DNA from: Sedimentisphaerales bacterium
Lineage (GTDB): Bacteria > Planctomycetota > Phycisphaerae > Sedimentisphaerales > Anaerobacaceae
Direction of reading: 5' to 3'
Length of the DNA stretch: 64,000 nucleotides
Assembly (NCBI GenBank): GCA_040772485.1
Contig: JAXGYC010000007.1
Location: forward strand, 1,088,001 to 1,152,000
Every line of letters starts with the position of its first letter. Position 1 is the first letter of the stretch. The notes beneath the pieces are model-generated. The model did no database searches, had not been told where the DNA came from, and worked only from the letters and a program-made list of their open reading frames with translations. Both the position numbers and the translations under genes were made by a program. Of this stretch, positions 27,972-37,968 are shown one piece after another.

Positions 27972-29249
27972 CTAACGCGACCGCCGAATCGCCTTGTCGG
28001 AGATATCGCGACGGCAATACGCCCCTTCAAAGGAAATGCGATCGACCGCCTCATAAGCCCGCGCCTTTGCGGCGGCCGTATCGCGTCCCAGGGCCGTCAC
28101 ACCCAGAACGCGTCCACCGCTGGTGACCACGTTGCCGTTCTGCTGTTCCGTCCCGGCGTGAAACACCACCACGTCGCCGAGAGACTCCGCCTCGGCAATC
28201 CCCGTGATGACCTTGCCTTTGGCGTAGGCATCCGGATACCCGCCGGAAGCCATCACGACGCACACGGCCGGGCGCGGGTCCCACTGAAGGCACATATCAT
28301 CCAGTCGGCCGTCGCAGACCGCCAGGAACACTTCCAACAGGTCGCTCTTGAGTCTCATCAGGATCGGCTGGGTCTCCGGATCGCCGAACCGGACGTTGAA
28401 TTCCAGAACGCGCGGCCCGCCGCTGGTCATCATCAGCCCCGCGTAGAGAACTCCCCTGTACGGCGTACCGTTGCGGTTCATCGCATCCACGATGGGCACC
28501 AGTATCTCGCGCGAGATGCGGCCCATCATGTCGTCGGTGACCACAGGCGCAGGGCTGTAGGCGCCCATCCCGCCCGTGTTCGGGCCCGTGTCGCCGTCAC
28601 CGATAGGCTTATGGTCCTGCGACGACTCCATGAGATAGATGTTGCGGCCGTCCACGAACGCGAGAATCGAGGCCTCCTCTCCGAGCAGCTTGTCCTCCAC
28701 GATCACCCGGTCTCCGGCCGCTCCGAAAATCCGGTCGACCATGATCCGCTCGGCGGCCAGAATACCGTCGGACGGCTCGTCGCAAACGATGACACCTTTG
28801 CCCTTGGCCAGCCCGGTGGCCTTGATCACGACGGGCTCGTCGCGACTGGCGATGTACGCCTTCGCGTCGCTGAACCGGTCGAACACGCGGGATTCGGCCG
28901 TCGAAACGGCGCTGGCACGCATCATCTGCTTGGCGAAGGCCTTGTCGGCCTCCAACTGCGCGGCCGCACCGCTCGGGCCGAACGCCTTGATCCCGGCCGC
29001 TTCCATCGCGTCCACGAGCCCGGACGCCAGTGGATCCTCCGGGCCGACAACAACCAGACCGACGTTCTGCGTCCGGGCGAAGTCCACCAGCGATGCAACG
29101 TCGTTATCCCCGATGGCGACGTTCTGTCCACACAGGGCGGTGCCCGCGTTTCCCGGCGCGATGTAGAGCTTGCCGAGCTGTTTGGATTGTCTCAACTTCC
29201 AGGCGATCGCGTGCTCGCGTCCCCCACTGCCGATCAGCAGTACGTCCAT
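27972..29249 (-). CDS. purD: Phosphoribosylamine--glycine ligase
   Basis: VLLIGSGGREHAIAW, VVGPEDPL, GLAKGKGV, QDHK..DGDTGPNTGGMGAYSP, EFNVRFGDPETQ. Confidence 0.98.
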   Translation of the reverse strand: MDVLLIGSGGREHAIAWKLRQSKQLGKLYIAPGNAGTALCGQNVAIGDNDVASLVDFARTQNVGLVVVGPEDPLASGLVDAMEAAGIKAFGPSGAAAQLEADKAFAKQMMRASAVSTAESRVFDRFSDAKAYIASRDEPVVIKATGLAKGKGVIVCDEPSDGILAAERIMVDRIFGAAGDRVIVEDKLLGEEASILAFVDGRNIYLMESSQDHKPIGDGDTGPNTGGMGAYSPAPVVTDDMMGRISREILVPIVDAMNRNGTPYRGVLYAGLMMTSGGPRVLEFNVRFGDPETQPILMRLKSDLLEVFLAVCDGRLDDMCLQWDPRPAVCVVMASGGYPDAYAKGKVITGIAEAESLGDVVVFHAGTEQQNGNVVTSGGRVLGVTALGRDTAAAKARAYEAVDRISFEGAYCRRDISDKAIRRSR

Positions 29250-29528
29250 TCTCTTACCTCAAATCTCATCCTGAGTCCGGCCCGACATTGACAGAGCCCG
29301 GGCTGCCCGCCGTTCGGGCCCGGCGACCGTAGAGTACTACTGTATCAAAGCCGCGCCGTTTGCTCAAGCCGATAGTTGGCAGGGAAGAGATGGCAGGAAC
29401 GTGAAGCAGGAGGGCAACCTGGGCAGCAGCGCGCAAAGCATCCTCACGCCGCCCAGAGGACGCGGCGCGATCGCGGTCAGGCCGCCAGATGTTCCTTCAG
29501 ACGCTTCGGCACGCACGCGGCCGACAGG

Positions 29529-30752
29529 TCACGGAACCGCATACCAGCCAATGCCCTCATCGAACCAGACATTGTCGGGCAGCGCCCGGAGTTTTTCCGC
29601 CTCACTCTCGCTCGTGGTGAAGAAATGGGCTCCGGCACTCTGCGACCAGAAACGATATACCGGACAAGCCCAGGACACCTGCTTGCCGACCGGATAGGCG
29701 TAGAAGGCGATGCCCTGGTGCGTCCATACGTCAGGATACTGCTCCAGAAGCTTGGTGATCTCCCGCTCCTTGAGCGTGTAGAAATGCGACATCGTCTCGT
29801 CCGACCAGAAGCGGTGCACGGGCAGACAGTTGGGATCGGAGGCATCCGGGAACGCGCGGAACGCAGTGCCCTGGTAGGTCCATTCCTTCGGGTGTTCGTT
29901 GATCAGCGTGTCCTTCTCGGTCTCACTGATCGTATAGTAATGGGCCTTGTTGATGGGCGACCAGAACCGATAGACCGGTTTCAGCGATGCCTCGATGATC
30001 TTGCCGTATTCGACCACCACATTGTCGAGGTAAGCGCGCCCCGAACCAATGGCCAGGCCGGTGGATCGGCCTCCGAGGTATATGAAGATCGGGCCGCCGC
30101 CCCAAGTCCCACGGACCAGACCGCGGTAGGCGTCCCAGGCCCTATCGAGACCATAGCCCCAGGTACTCACGTAAAGCGCATCGAGTTGCGAATCGTAGGA
30201 TACATACAGTGTCCCATCGTTGACCCACCGTTCACTGTATCCGCTCATGGTGGAATACCCATCCACCCTCTCATAAGAGAAGCTGGGGAACCGATTCACA
30301 CACCCGGCGCCGAATTCGAGCCGTCGGTATCGAGGGTTCTGATCGCTGGGGGTCACGCCAATCCCGATCCACCCCTCCTCTTCGATGGTCACAAGATCGT
30401 AGTGAAAATCGACCCTCATCCCAAAATCGTATCGGGGGTCGAGTCGCCAGGTGTTTCCCACATACGCGGCGAACGCCTCGAAAGGCGGCTCCGAAGCCCG
30501 CAGTTCCAGGCGTCTGTTCGTTTCCTTAACGAATATGTTGTTCGGGTCCTCCGAGTACTCCTTCCACAGCCAGGCCCGCGAGTTGTCATCGAACGAGTCC
30601 TTCAGGGCGATCTCGTTCTGGGAACTCATGGTGCCGTCGCTGACCACGATAGTGGTTTCGTCCGCATGCACATCCGGGCAGAATCTCGACGCGGCGAGAA
30701 TCCCTCCCACCGCCAGCACGCAAACAAATGTGTTACGTATCATGATTCTCAT
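29529..30752 (-). CDS. Secreted protein with C-terminal DUF5648-type repeats
   Basis: Signal peptide and three PV(Y/H)RFWS...H(Y/F)(Y/F)T repeats. The start is 30752 or 30743. Confidence 0.85.
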   Translation of the reverse strand: MRIMIRNTFVCVLAVGGILAASRFCPDVHADETTIVVSDGTMSSQNEIALKDSFDDNSRAWLWKEYSEDPNNIFVKETNRRLELRASEPPFEAFAAYVGNTWRLDPRYDFGMRVDFHYDLVTIEEEGWIGIGVTPSDQNPRYRRLEFGAGCVNRFPSFSYERVDGYSTMSGYSERWVNDGTLYVSYDSQLDALYVSTWGYGLDRAWDAYRGLVRGTWGGGPIFIYLGGRSTGLAIGSGRAYLDNVVVEYGKIIEASLKPVYRFWSPINKAHYYTISETEKDTLINEHPKEWTYQGTAFRAFPDASDPNCLPVHRFWSDETMSHFYTLKEREITKLLEQYPDVWTHQGIAFYAYPVGKQVSWACPVYRFWSQSAGAHFFTTSESEAEKLRALPDNVWFDEGIGWYAVP

Positions 30753-31013
30753 CCCCCTTCTCCTCAATAGGGTGCTTGGCATTCCTGACAACGCAGGCAG
30801 CACGCACGCGGCCCCTGCACACAATAATTCCGGGAATCCCTTCCGAAAGGCGTCATCCGAACGGCCCTGATCGGTCGCACCCAACCGCAGTCGGGCGGCC
30901 CCCGCACTATCCCCCAACGCAACGCCTCGGTAGCTGGGCTCTGAAACGTACGGTTTTCGGGCCGTATGCCGCTTCCATGGCAACTTAAAGCGGTCTGTCA
31001 CCGCTGTTTTTCT

Positions 31014-31041
31014 ATTATAACATTTCGGCCCGGAATGTCAA
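31014..31041 (-). promoter_or_regulatory. Consensus sigma70 promoter
   Basis: TTGACA-N16-TATAAT with extended TG, implying a ~255-nt leader. Confidence 0.7.
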
Positions 31042-31107
31042 GCAAACGGGGCCAAATCGCGTCTTTTTCGTGCTCCGGCTCCGCCGCCGCCGGAGGACAA
31101 GTCCAGG

Positions 31108-34100
31108 CTACAGGGACCGACTGGCTTGGGGCGTTCCGCCATAGGCGCCCATGTTGATCCGACCACCGTTCGGGGCCGGCTCGTCGCCCGAATCGCCCGA
31201 CGGGTCCCCCGCATCGATGCAGGGGCTACTCACCTCGTCGATAACCCAGTCGGACACTCGGGTATCCCAGTGGCCGGCCAGGGACCTGAGGTGATAATCC
31301 CCGCTCGCGGAGTCAACAAAAAGCGGGTCCGCCTCGATGTTGCCTTCTCCCTCGCAGCCCCCCTGGATGTCGTTGAAGCGGACGTCGTAGAGACCGCCTC
31401 CCGTCAGAGAATTCGCCTCGAAGTACAGTTCGTTCTCCCAGACGATGTTGTTCAGGAGGCAGGCTCGTTCCGGCACGCTGCCTGACGTGAGTCCCCTCGT
31501 GGACCCCAGATGCAAGCCATTCGGCCGGTTGCGAACGATCGTGTTGTTGACCACACGCGGGCGGCCGTAGAGATTGTAGAGACCGCCGCCCCAGTACGCC
31601 GAGTTCTCCGCGATGACGTTGTTGGAAACGGTCGGCGCAGCGCTGTAGACGTGGATACCGCCGCCCTCCCAGTCGGCGGTGTTGCCGACGATCGTGTTAT
31701 TGGTGATGACGGCCCGCGAATCATCGAGACAGGCAATCGCACCGCCGCTCTCGGCATGGTTGTTCGAGAAGCGGCAGTGGTCAATCACAGGACTCGAAGC
31801 GGGATCGGACTTGGAGCGGGCGTCCCCCGGCCTGTCGGCCTTGCAGCAGAGCACCGCTCCTCCGACCAGATCGACCGTATCGGCGGCAGTGGCATAGGGC
31901 TTGTTGGCGAATGCGAGATGGCAGTATTGCAGCACGTCGTCGTCGCCTGAACCAACGAACCGTATGCCGAACCAGCCGTCAATCGTGTCGGTGGCATTGA
32001 ACAGAATCAGGTCGCGTTCTGTGCCCACGGCGTGGAGCGTCGCGTCCGGACCGACGGTCAACCCAAAATGGCCGGCAAACTTGACGGCCGCTCCCGGCTC
32101 GATGGTCAGCGACTGTCCTGCGGCGACCTCGATGTCACCTGTGACCGTATAGGGACTGGCCGCCTTCGTCCAAACGCCGCTGACCGGCCCGCCCGGAACG
32201 AGCGTGCCCAGGCCTCCCGTGCCCCGCAAAACGATTCGTCGAGATGGCGCGTTGGTGCTCGTCGACGTGACGTACAGGATGCCGGAGTAGACCCGCTCGG
32301 CCTGCGGCGCGAAACCGAGCCTCACCTCCATCGACTGCCCCGGCGAGAGAACGTGCTTGCTGACCGGATTGAGGATCGAGAAGACGCCCCGGGCATCAGA
32401 GAGATTCACGGCGCTGACCTGGAAATCGAGCTTGCCGGTATTGGAGATCTTGACCGTGGTCACGGCATTCGCATCCACGGCGACGCACCCGAACTCCGCC
32501 GTACCGGCCGGCTGGATGCCCATCAAAGGCAGGTCCAACTGGTTCTCGTAGGCGCCGATGTCGGCCACCGTGCTGTGGACTCGCGCGTTCCCGGCAAGAT
32601 CGGCAACCTCGGTGACATCACCGCCTCCGGCATTGATGCATGGCGAGGACATCTGGAGCGTCCAGTTCGCCGCCAAGGCATCGTACTCCGACCCGGCGCC
32701 GTCGCTCGAGTCGAAGAAGCATGGATAGTCATTGAGGTTCCCAGGCCCAGGGTGGCCCCCCTCCACGTTGCAGAACGATACGGAGACCTCTGATTCGTAG
32801 CTCTCGATCTGGTAGTTGCTGTTGCCCCAGATGATCGAGTTCGTCACCTCGGTGCCCAGCTCCGATTCACTGAAGACGCCGCCGGAAACGTTGTTGACGA
32901 TCGTGCAATTGTCGATCCGCACGGCGCTGCCCAGATAGCAGCAGACTCCCCCACTCTGGGCCTCGCCTCCGATGCAGGTGTTGTTGGCGATGAGCGTGTT
33001 GCTGATCGTCGCCGAACTATAAAGGCAGTAGATCGCGCCGGCTCGCCCGCAGGTGTTGTTGGTAATCTTGCAGTGCGTGATGGTCGGGCTCGAGGAGTTG
33101 CAGCAGATGGCGCCGCCCCACACCTTGTCGATGTCCCAGTCGAACTCCAGGACCGGCGTCTCCACTCGGTTCTTCGCGAACGTGACCGAGCAGTGGCTCA
33201 GCACGTCGTCGTCGCCCGAGGAGACAAACCGAAGGCCGGACCAGCCCAACTCGCGATTGCCGGCGGTGAATTCCACCGGGCGTGCGGCCGTACCCTGAGC
33301 CAGCAGCCGCGCATCCGGGCCGACCGTCAGGGTGTACCGCCCCATGAATTCGATCCGTGTCCCCGCCTCGATGCTCAATTCGCCGCCCCGGGCCACATCG
33401 ATGTCGCCATACACATAATATGGCGAATGGGCTTCGGACCACGTCCCGGACACGTGGCCTGTTTCGATTCGGGTTCCGCCGGTGGTCGCCGCCCCGCGGA
33501 GCGGCACGTGCTTGACCCGGCTGTCGCCGTAGTGAACGGCGAGCAGTCCGTAGTAGACCCCTGCGGATTCCGGATGGAACTTGACGTAGATCACCGCTTC
33601 CTGTCCCGGCGTCGAGATCGGGAATGAGCCGATGCGGCCCGCGTATTCCTCACCGGTCAGCGACACGACGAACCCCTCGGGGCACGTGATCGAATCAACC
33701 GGCAGCGCAGCCGTCGAGCTGTTCTTCAGCGACAGCGTCAGAGGCTCGGACGGCTGTCCTGGGACTCCACGGAAGGACAGAGAGCCCGGACGGAGCTCAA
33801 CCGAAGGCGCCGTCGGCTGGATATTGACCAGCACGGCAGAAATGGCATTGAGCGCGTGCGGAATATCGACGGGCAGACGATACCAGGCCTCCGCAATCGG
33901 AGCCGGATACGGCCGGCCCCATCCGAAATTCAGGTGGTACTCCCCATCGGTGTTGTAGCCGTCACAGACCACGGCGTGCCCGGCCATGCCGTCGGGCGTG
34001 TGAATGCCCAGAATCGCAGGCAACCGATTGGCGAGGTTCTCGCGGAGCACGCGCGCGGTGTCCTCCGACAGATCGTCCGCCAGATCGGCGGAATACAAAC

Positions 34101-35055
34101 GGAAATCCTCGACGAGTCCATTTGCCATGTCGTAGGCCGACGCCCCGGACCCTTCGCTGGAGTAGTCCATGCGGGACGCCACGCCGCAGGCGAAACTCAG
34201 GGCCGCAATATCCGCCTCATTCAGACTGATTCGAGCGTCGTACTTGAGCCGAGCCAGGGCAAGAGACTCGTTGAGTTCGGCCAGCGACGGGAAATCGTAG
34301 CGGACATGATCGGCGTCAATGTCGATGCCGCTGACCGTCGTATACGAATCGCCCGTGTCGAAGACGGCGCCGCACTGGCGGTGGTAGTGAAGAACCTGGG
34401 CCATCGCCGTGGCGACGCAGCCGACGTAAGACCGAAAGCCATCCACCGGATCCAGCGGACAGAAGGCATTGTAGGGCGCATCCTGTTCCCAGGTGGTCTC
34501 CAGCCAGCCTCCGGTGGAGGTGCTGTTCTCCGGCGGCCACTGCTGGAACGTCTGCCCCTCGGCCATCGGCAATCCTCGCCCGGAATAGAAGCGCCACCGG
34601 GCGTTGTTCTGCGCCGTCGCCGAGGGGTCCACAGCCGCCAGCCGCGACCGCAGGTCCCGCGTCAGCAGGCAATAGAATGGATGGCGTTCGTCCAAACGAT
34701 CCGGGAATCCGCCGCGAAGTGAGTATGCGACCATCGGTTCCACGTCCGTGTCGGCCGATGTCACGACAAACCCCTGAGGCTCCAGTTCGACCGCGTACGC
34801 GAGCGTTGTCCCGTCGCTGTCACAAATCTCCCGAACACCGATACGGCTCGTGTCCCCAATCGCCTTGCCTCTTCGGGGGGCAGCCAGCCAGGGCGACGCG
34901 TTCGACGATCGCGCCTGCCGCATCCGGAGAAACATGTCCGCCGCCTGGCGAACCTGCTCGGGCGAGACCGCCTCCGCCCGGAGTGCCGGACAGCACATCA
35001 GGTGTGCGAGGATGCACAGCACCACAGCCGACCTGCGCCAGACAGCAGAATCCAT
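31108..35055 (-). CDS. Secreted C10 (streptopain-like) cysteine protease with Ig-like and beta-helix domains
   Basis: Prodomain, WEQDAPYN, VGCVATAMAQVL, GHAVVCDGY, YHLNFGWG, duplicated Ig + beta-helix modules, SPCIDAGDP..RINMGAYGG tail. Confidence 0.9.
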   Translation of the reverse strand: MDSAVWRRSAVVLCILAHLMCCPALRAEAVSPEQVRQAADMFLRMRQARSSNASPWLAAPRRGKAIGDTSRIGVREICDSDGTTLAYAVELEPQGFVVTSADTDVEPMVAYSLRGGFPDRLDERHPFYCLLTRDLRSRLAAVDPSATAQNNARWRFYSGRGLPMAEGQTFQQWPPENSTSTGGWLETTWEQDAPYNAFCPLDPVDGFRSYVGCVATAMAQVLHYHRQCGAVFDTGDSYTTVSGIDIDADHVRYDFPSLAELNESLALARLKYDARISLNEADIAALSFACGVASRMDYSSEGSGASAYDMANGLVEDFRLYSADLADDLSEDTARVLRENLANRLPAILGIHTPDGMAGHAVVCDGYNTDGEYHLNFGWGRPYPAPIAEAWYRLPVDIPHALNAISAVLVNIQPTAPSVELRPGSLSFRGVPGQPSEPLTLSLKNSSTAALPVDSITCPEGFVVSLTGEEYAGRIGSFPISTPGQEAVIYVKFHPESAGVYYGLLAVHYGDSRVKHVPLRGAATTGGTRIETGHVSGTWSEAHSPYYVYGDIDVARGGELSIEAGTRIEFMGRYTLTVGPDARLLAQGTAARPVEFTAGNRELGWSGLRFVSSGDDDVLSHCSVTFAKNRVETPVLEFDWDIDKVWGGAICCNSSSPTITHCKITNNTCGRAGAIYCLYSSATISNTLIANNTCIGGEAQSGGVCCYLGSAVRIDNCTIVNNVSGGVFSESELGTEVTNSIIWGNSNYQIESYESEVSVSFCNVEGGHPGPGNLNDYPCFFDSSDGAGSEYDALAANWTLQMSSPCINAGGGDVTEVADLAGNARVHSTVADIGAYENQLDLPLMGIQPAGTAEFGCVAVDANAVTTVKISNTGKLDFQVSAVNLSDARGVFSILNPVSKHVLSPGQSMEVRLGFAPQAERVYSGILYVTSTSTNAPSRRIVLRGTGGLGTLVPGGPVSGVWTKAASPYTVTGDIEVAAGQSLTIEPGAAVKFAGHFGLTVGPDATLHAVGTERDLILFNATDTIDGWFGIRFVGSGDDDVLQYCHLAFANKPYATAADTVDLVGGAVLCCKADRPGDARSKSDPASSPVIDHCRFSNNHAESGGAIACLDDSRAVITNNTIVGNTADWEGGGIHVYSAAPTVSNNVIAENSAYWGGGLYNLYGRPRVVNNTIVRNRPNGLHLGSTRGLTSGSVPERACLLNNIVWENELYFEANSLTGGGLYDVRFNDIQGGCEGEGNIEADPLFVDSASGDYHLRSLAGHWDTRVSDWVIDEVSSPCIDAGDPSGDSGDEPAPNGGRINMGAYGGTPQASRSL

Positions 35056-35059
35056 GACT

Positions 35060-37522
35060 TCAGTCTCCGATCCGTCCTTCAACCGTTTCCAGAGCCGGCC
35101 CGGTCTGGCCCTCGGCCGGCGGCGAGCCATATCCGGGACTCAGAACCGTGCGAAACGACCAGAGCGGTCCTTCCACTTGACCGTAGGCGTTGCGGGCCAC
35201 CACCCGCCAGTAGTAGATCGCGTCCTTTCTCAGGCCGTGCGGGCTACAACGGGCCGCCACCAGGCCGGTCGCCACCTGATCCATCGCCATCGGATCCATA
35301 CCTAAATATACGTCATACGCCGGCACCATCATGCTGAATGTCGTGGCCCGCGTCACGTCTTCCCATTCGACGCCGTCGCCGGACGGACACCCGGTGTCCG
35401 GACACACCAGGGACCGGTCGCATCCCAGCGCTACATCTTCGACAAACTCCTCCATGCCTCGACAGAGAATCCCCTCGACCTCCATCGAATCAAGGTTGAT
35501 CACAGGCGATCCGGAATTCCCCTGATACGTGTCGAGATTGGCCTGGAAGAACGTGGGCTCGGTGTTCTGCCGGACGATCGCTCCGGCGTCGTACTTGCGC
35601 GGAATGCCCCATGGATGTCCGATAACCAGCAGCCGCTGCCCGTCGGCCACCCGCCCGCCCCGGCGCAGCGGCAGCGGCGTGCGACCGGTCACCCTGCGAT
35701 CCAGCCGGATCAGGCCCCAGTCGGGATACCCCACGTGATAGCCGACGATCTCCTCGATCCGGTAGACCTGATCGGCGCGTAGCGTCAGCGTCGGCGTCAG
35801 CGCATCTTCCATGACGAAGTCGAACACGACCACCACATCCGACGCCCGGTCGCACGAGACGCAGTGCCCTGCCGTGATCAACAGGTCCGCCCCCACAAGG
35901 ACCCCGGTGCACATGCCCGCCGAAGGCTGGTCCTGGAAAGGCTCATCAGGACAAAGCGCGTGCCCGGTATCCAATGGATCGAGCCATTGATACCACCACG
36001 CGAACGAGCGAGCGTCGACCTGGAAGGTGCCGTCGCCCCGCTCGACGAGGTTCGAGGCGTAGACCAGCACGGCTGTCGCGCTGCCCGCAGCGAGAATACG
36101 CGGATCCTCTATCTCGTATTCTTCCCGCCGGTCGTCTTCGCCGTAGATAGTGGTCAGTTGGCGCGCGCCTGCCTGACTGAACGTGACAATGTTTCGACCG
36201 GCCTCGACGGCACCGGCCGCGAGAGAATCATCGCCCCATGAGAGCACGATATCCGCCTGGTCGACATCCGCACCGTCGGCGGGACTGGGTCGATCCGGCA
36301 CGGTTGCAGGCGCCAGTTGGTGCGGGGTCACTGTGAGCGAGTACGCGCCGGTCTCGTACTCGTAGCCGGCCACGCGAATCAGGTACTCCACGCCGGCACT
36401 CATCCACATCACGATCACCGAATTGGTGCTCTCGCAATCGTCGTCGCCGCAGGCCAATTCCGCGCCCGTCGGGTCGAACACCGCCACCGTCGTGTCGAAC
36501 TCCTCGCTTTCGACGCAGACCGTCACCGGCCCTGTTTGCGTCGCCGTATAGGAATGCCACACGTCCAGCGCGTCGCGGTAGCCGCAACTGCTCTCCAGTT
36601 GCCCGGTCGCCCCCAGGCTCGTGCTCACGCAGGGCACGCCGGCTTCCACCACGATCGGATGGTCTCGATCGTCATGGGTCCTCACGTCCCAGGGACCTTC
36701 ATAGTAGACCTTGATCCACCAGGAATCGATGTACCCGACATTCCCCATGCGCACGTCCGTCGCGCGCAGGATCCAGGCCTGATTGGCCTGCTCGCCCGCG
36801 AACTCGGTGATGCCGGTCACGGTCCGGGAGAGGTGTTCCCCTTGCTGATCGTCCATGAGCCAGAGGTTGCGTCGGCGCGTCCGCGCCGCATCGCACAAGT
36901 CAACCCATAATTCTCCCACTGCCGGATGCACAATCTCGTAATGGACGTCTACGCTGGTGACCACGGCCTTCGATGGCGCGCCGGAAAGAGAAATCTCGCT
37001 GCTGACCCAGTCCCATTCCGAAATGGCCTGATCCGCTTCATTGCTGTCGGTGATCGCCCCCTGCGAGTGCAGCCAGACCCACGCGGCAGATGGATTCGCC
37101 TGTGCCTCCGTATCCATGCTGCGTCTGTCCGACAGCAGGAAGTCCCGCACTACGATCAGGTCCTGTCCCTGGTCGATCAGATCAGCGACAGCCGTTGCCG
37201 CCAACTGGGCAGTGGCCCGTCTGCCGTCCTCCAGCAGTCGCACTCGGCTGCCCGGCGCCTGGGGCAGTCGCGCCAAAGCGGCCGCCGTCAGAGACTCATT
37301 CAACACCACCTCGATTTCCGCGAAATGGGCGTAAGGCGCCCGCATGGCGCGTGCGCGCCGGTCGGCAGAACCACTGACGACCTTGCTGACGCGGGCGGCA
37401 GTCGGGATGGACTGCCCTTCATCCCCTTCGACTCTGCCCCAGGGAGGAACCAGCACGGAAACGACAGCGATCGACAGGACCTGCACCCACCCGCGGACCC
37501 GACTCGGGAATGCCACCCTCAT
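35060..37522 (-). CDS. Secreted trypsin-like (S1) serine protease with P-domain and PPC-like modules
   Basis: CTGVLVG..LITAGHC, DWGLIRLD, DTYQGNSGSPV triad, N-terminal proprotein-convertase-P-like domain, YYWRV tail. Confidence 0.88.
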   Translation of the reverse strand: MRVAFPSRVRGWVQVLSIAVVSVLVPPWGRVEGDEGQSIPTAARVSKVVSGSADRRARAMRAPYAHFAEIEVVLNESLTAAALARLPQAPGSRVRLLEDGRRATAQLAATAVADLIDQGQDLIVVRDFLLSDRRSMDTEAQANPSAAWVWLHSQGAITDSNEADQAISEWDWVSSEISLSGAPSKAVVTSVDVHYEIVHPAVGELWVDLCDAARTRRRNLWLMDDQQGEHLSRTVTGITEFAGEQANQAWILRATDVRMGNVGYIDSWWIKVYYEGPWDVRTHDDRDHPIVVEAGVPCVSTSLGATGQLESSCGYRDALDVWHSYTATQTGPVTVCVESEEFDTTVAVFDPTGAELACGDDDCESTNSVIVMWMSAGVEYLIRVAGYEYETGAYSLTVTPHQLAPATVPDRPSPADGADVDQADIVLSWGDDSLAAGAVEAGRNIVTFSQAGARQLTTIYGEDDRREEYEIEDPRILAAGSATAVLVYASNLVERGDGTFQVDARSFAWWYQWLDPLDTGHALCPDEPFQDQPSAGMCTGVLVGADLLITAGHCVSCDRASDVVVVFDFVMEDALTPTLTLRADQVYRIEEIVGYHVGYPDWGLIRLDRRVTGRTPLPLRRGGRVADGQRLLVIGHPWGIPRKYDAGAIVRQNTEPTFFQANLDTYQGNSGSPVINLDSMEVEGILCRGMEEFVEDVALGCDRSLVCPDTGCPSGDGVEWEDVTRATTFSMMVPAYDVYLGMDPMAMDQVATGLVAARCSPHGLRKDAIYYWRVVARNAYGQVEGPLWSFRTVLSPGYGSPPAEGQTGPALETVEGRIGD

Positions 37523-37968
37523 GGCGCGCTCCTTCCACCCACTCCTTTCTCCTTGTCTGCGACGCCGGAATACGCTCCCATCCAACACGCGGACGATCCG
37601 GCCGATGGCATTATACCCGAACAGATCGCGGACGACAATCTCCCAGACCACCCATCTCCCGCACGTCCCGCAGCTTCCGCAGCGGCTGCTTCGTTCGCCT
37701 TGCCGCTGTGGTCTTGCCATCTGAAAAACCATGCGGCAGGCAAATCGTCGTATCTCCTTCAAAATTCCCACCTTGTGACACCCGTCCCATAAAAGGTAAA
37801 GCTTTCCAACTGCTCGGACCGATGAGAAAAAGGGGTGATAGGCCCTTTCTCAGTACTGGTAACATCGTTCCTTGGACAGCCGTGCGGACGCGATCCTTTT
37901 TCACGCCAGACGCACATGAAGGACGCCAAACGAAAGCCTGTCGTCATACGAGTAGGAAAGGAATCACG

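Noticed and set aside
25476..29291. 1271-aa plus-strand ORF and similar long antisense ORFs (e.g. 56333-59038, 48190-50436)
   Set aside because: These are shadow ORFs opposite well-supported genes, as expected in GC-rich DNA.
29250..29340. ZTP (pfl) or purine riboswitch upstream of purD
   Set aside because: GC-rich hairpins are present but the conserved riboswitch motifs are not recognisable.
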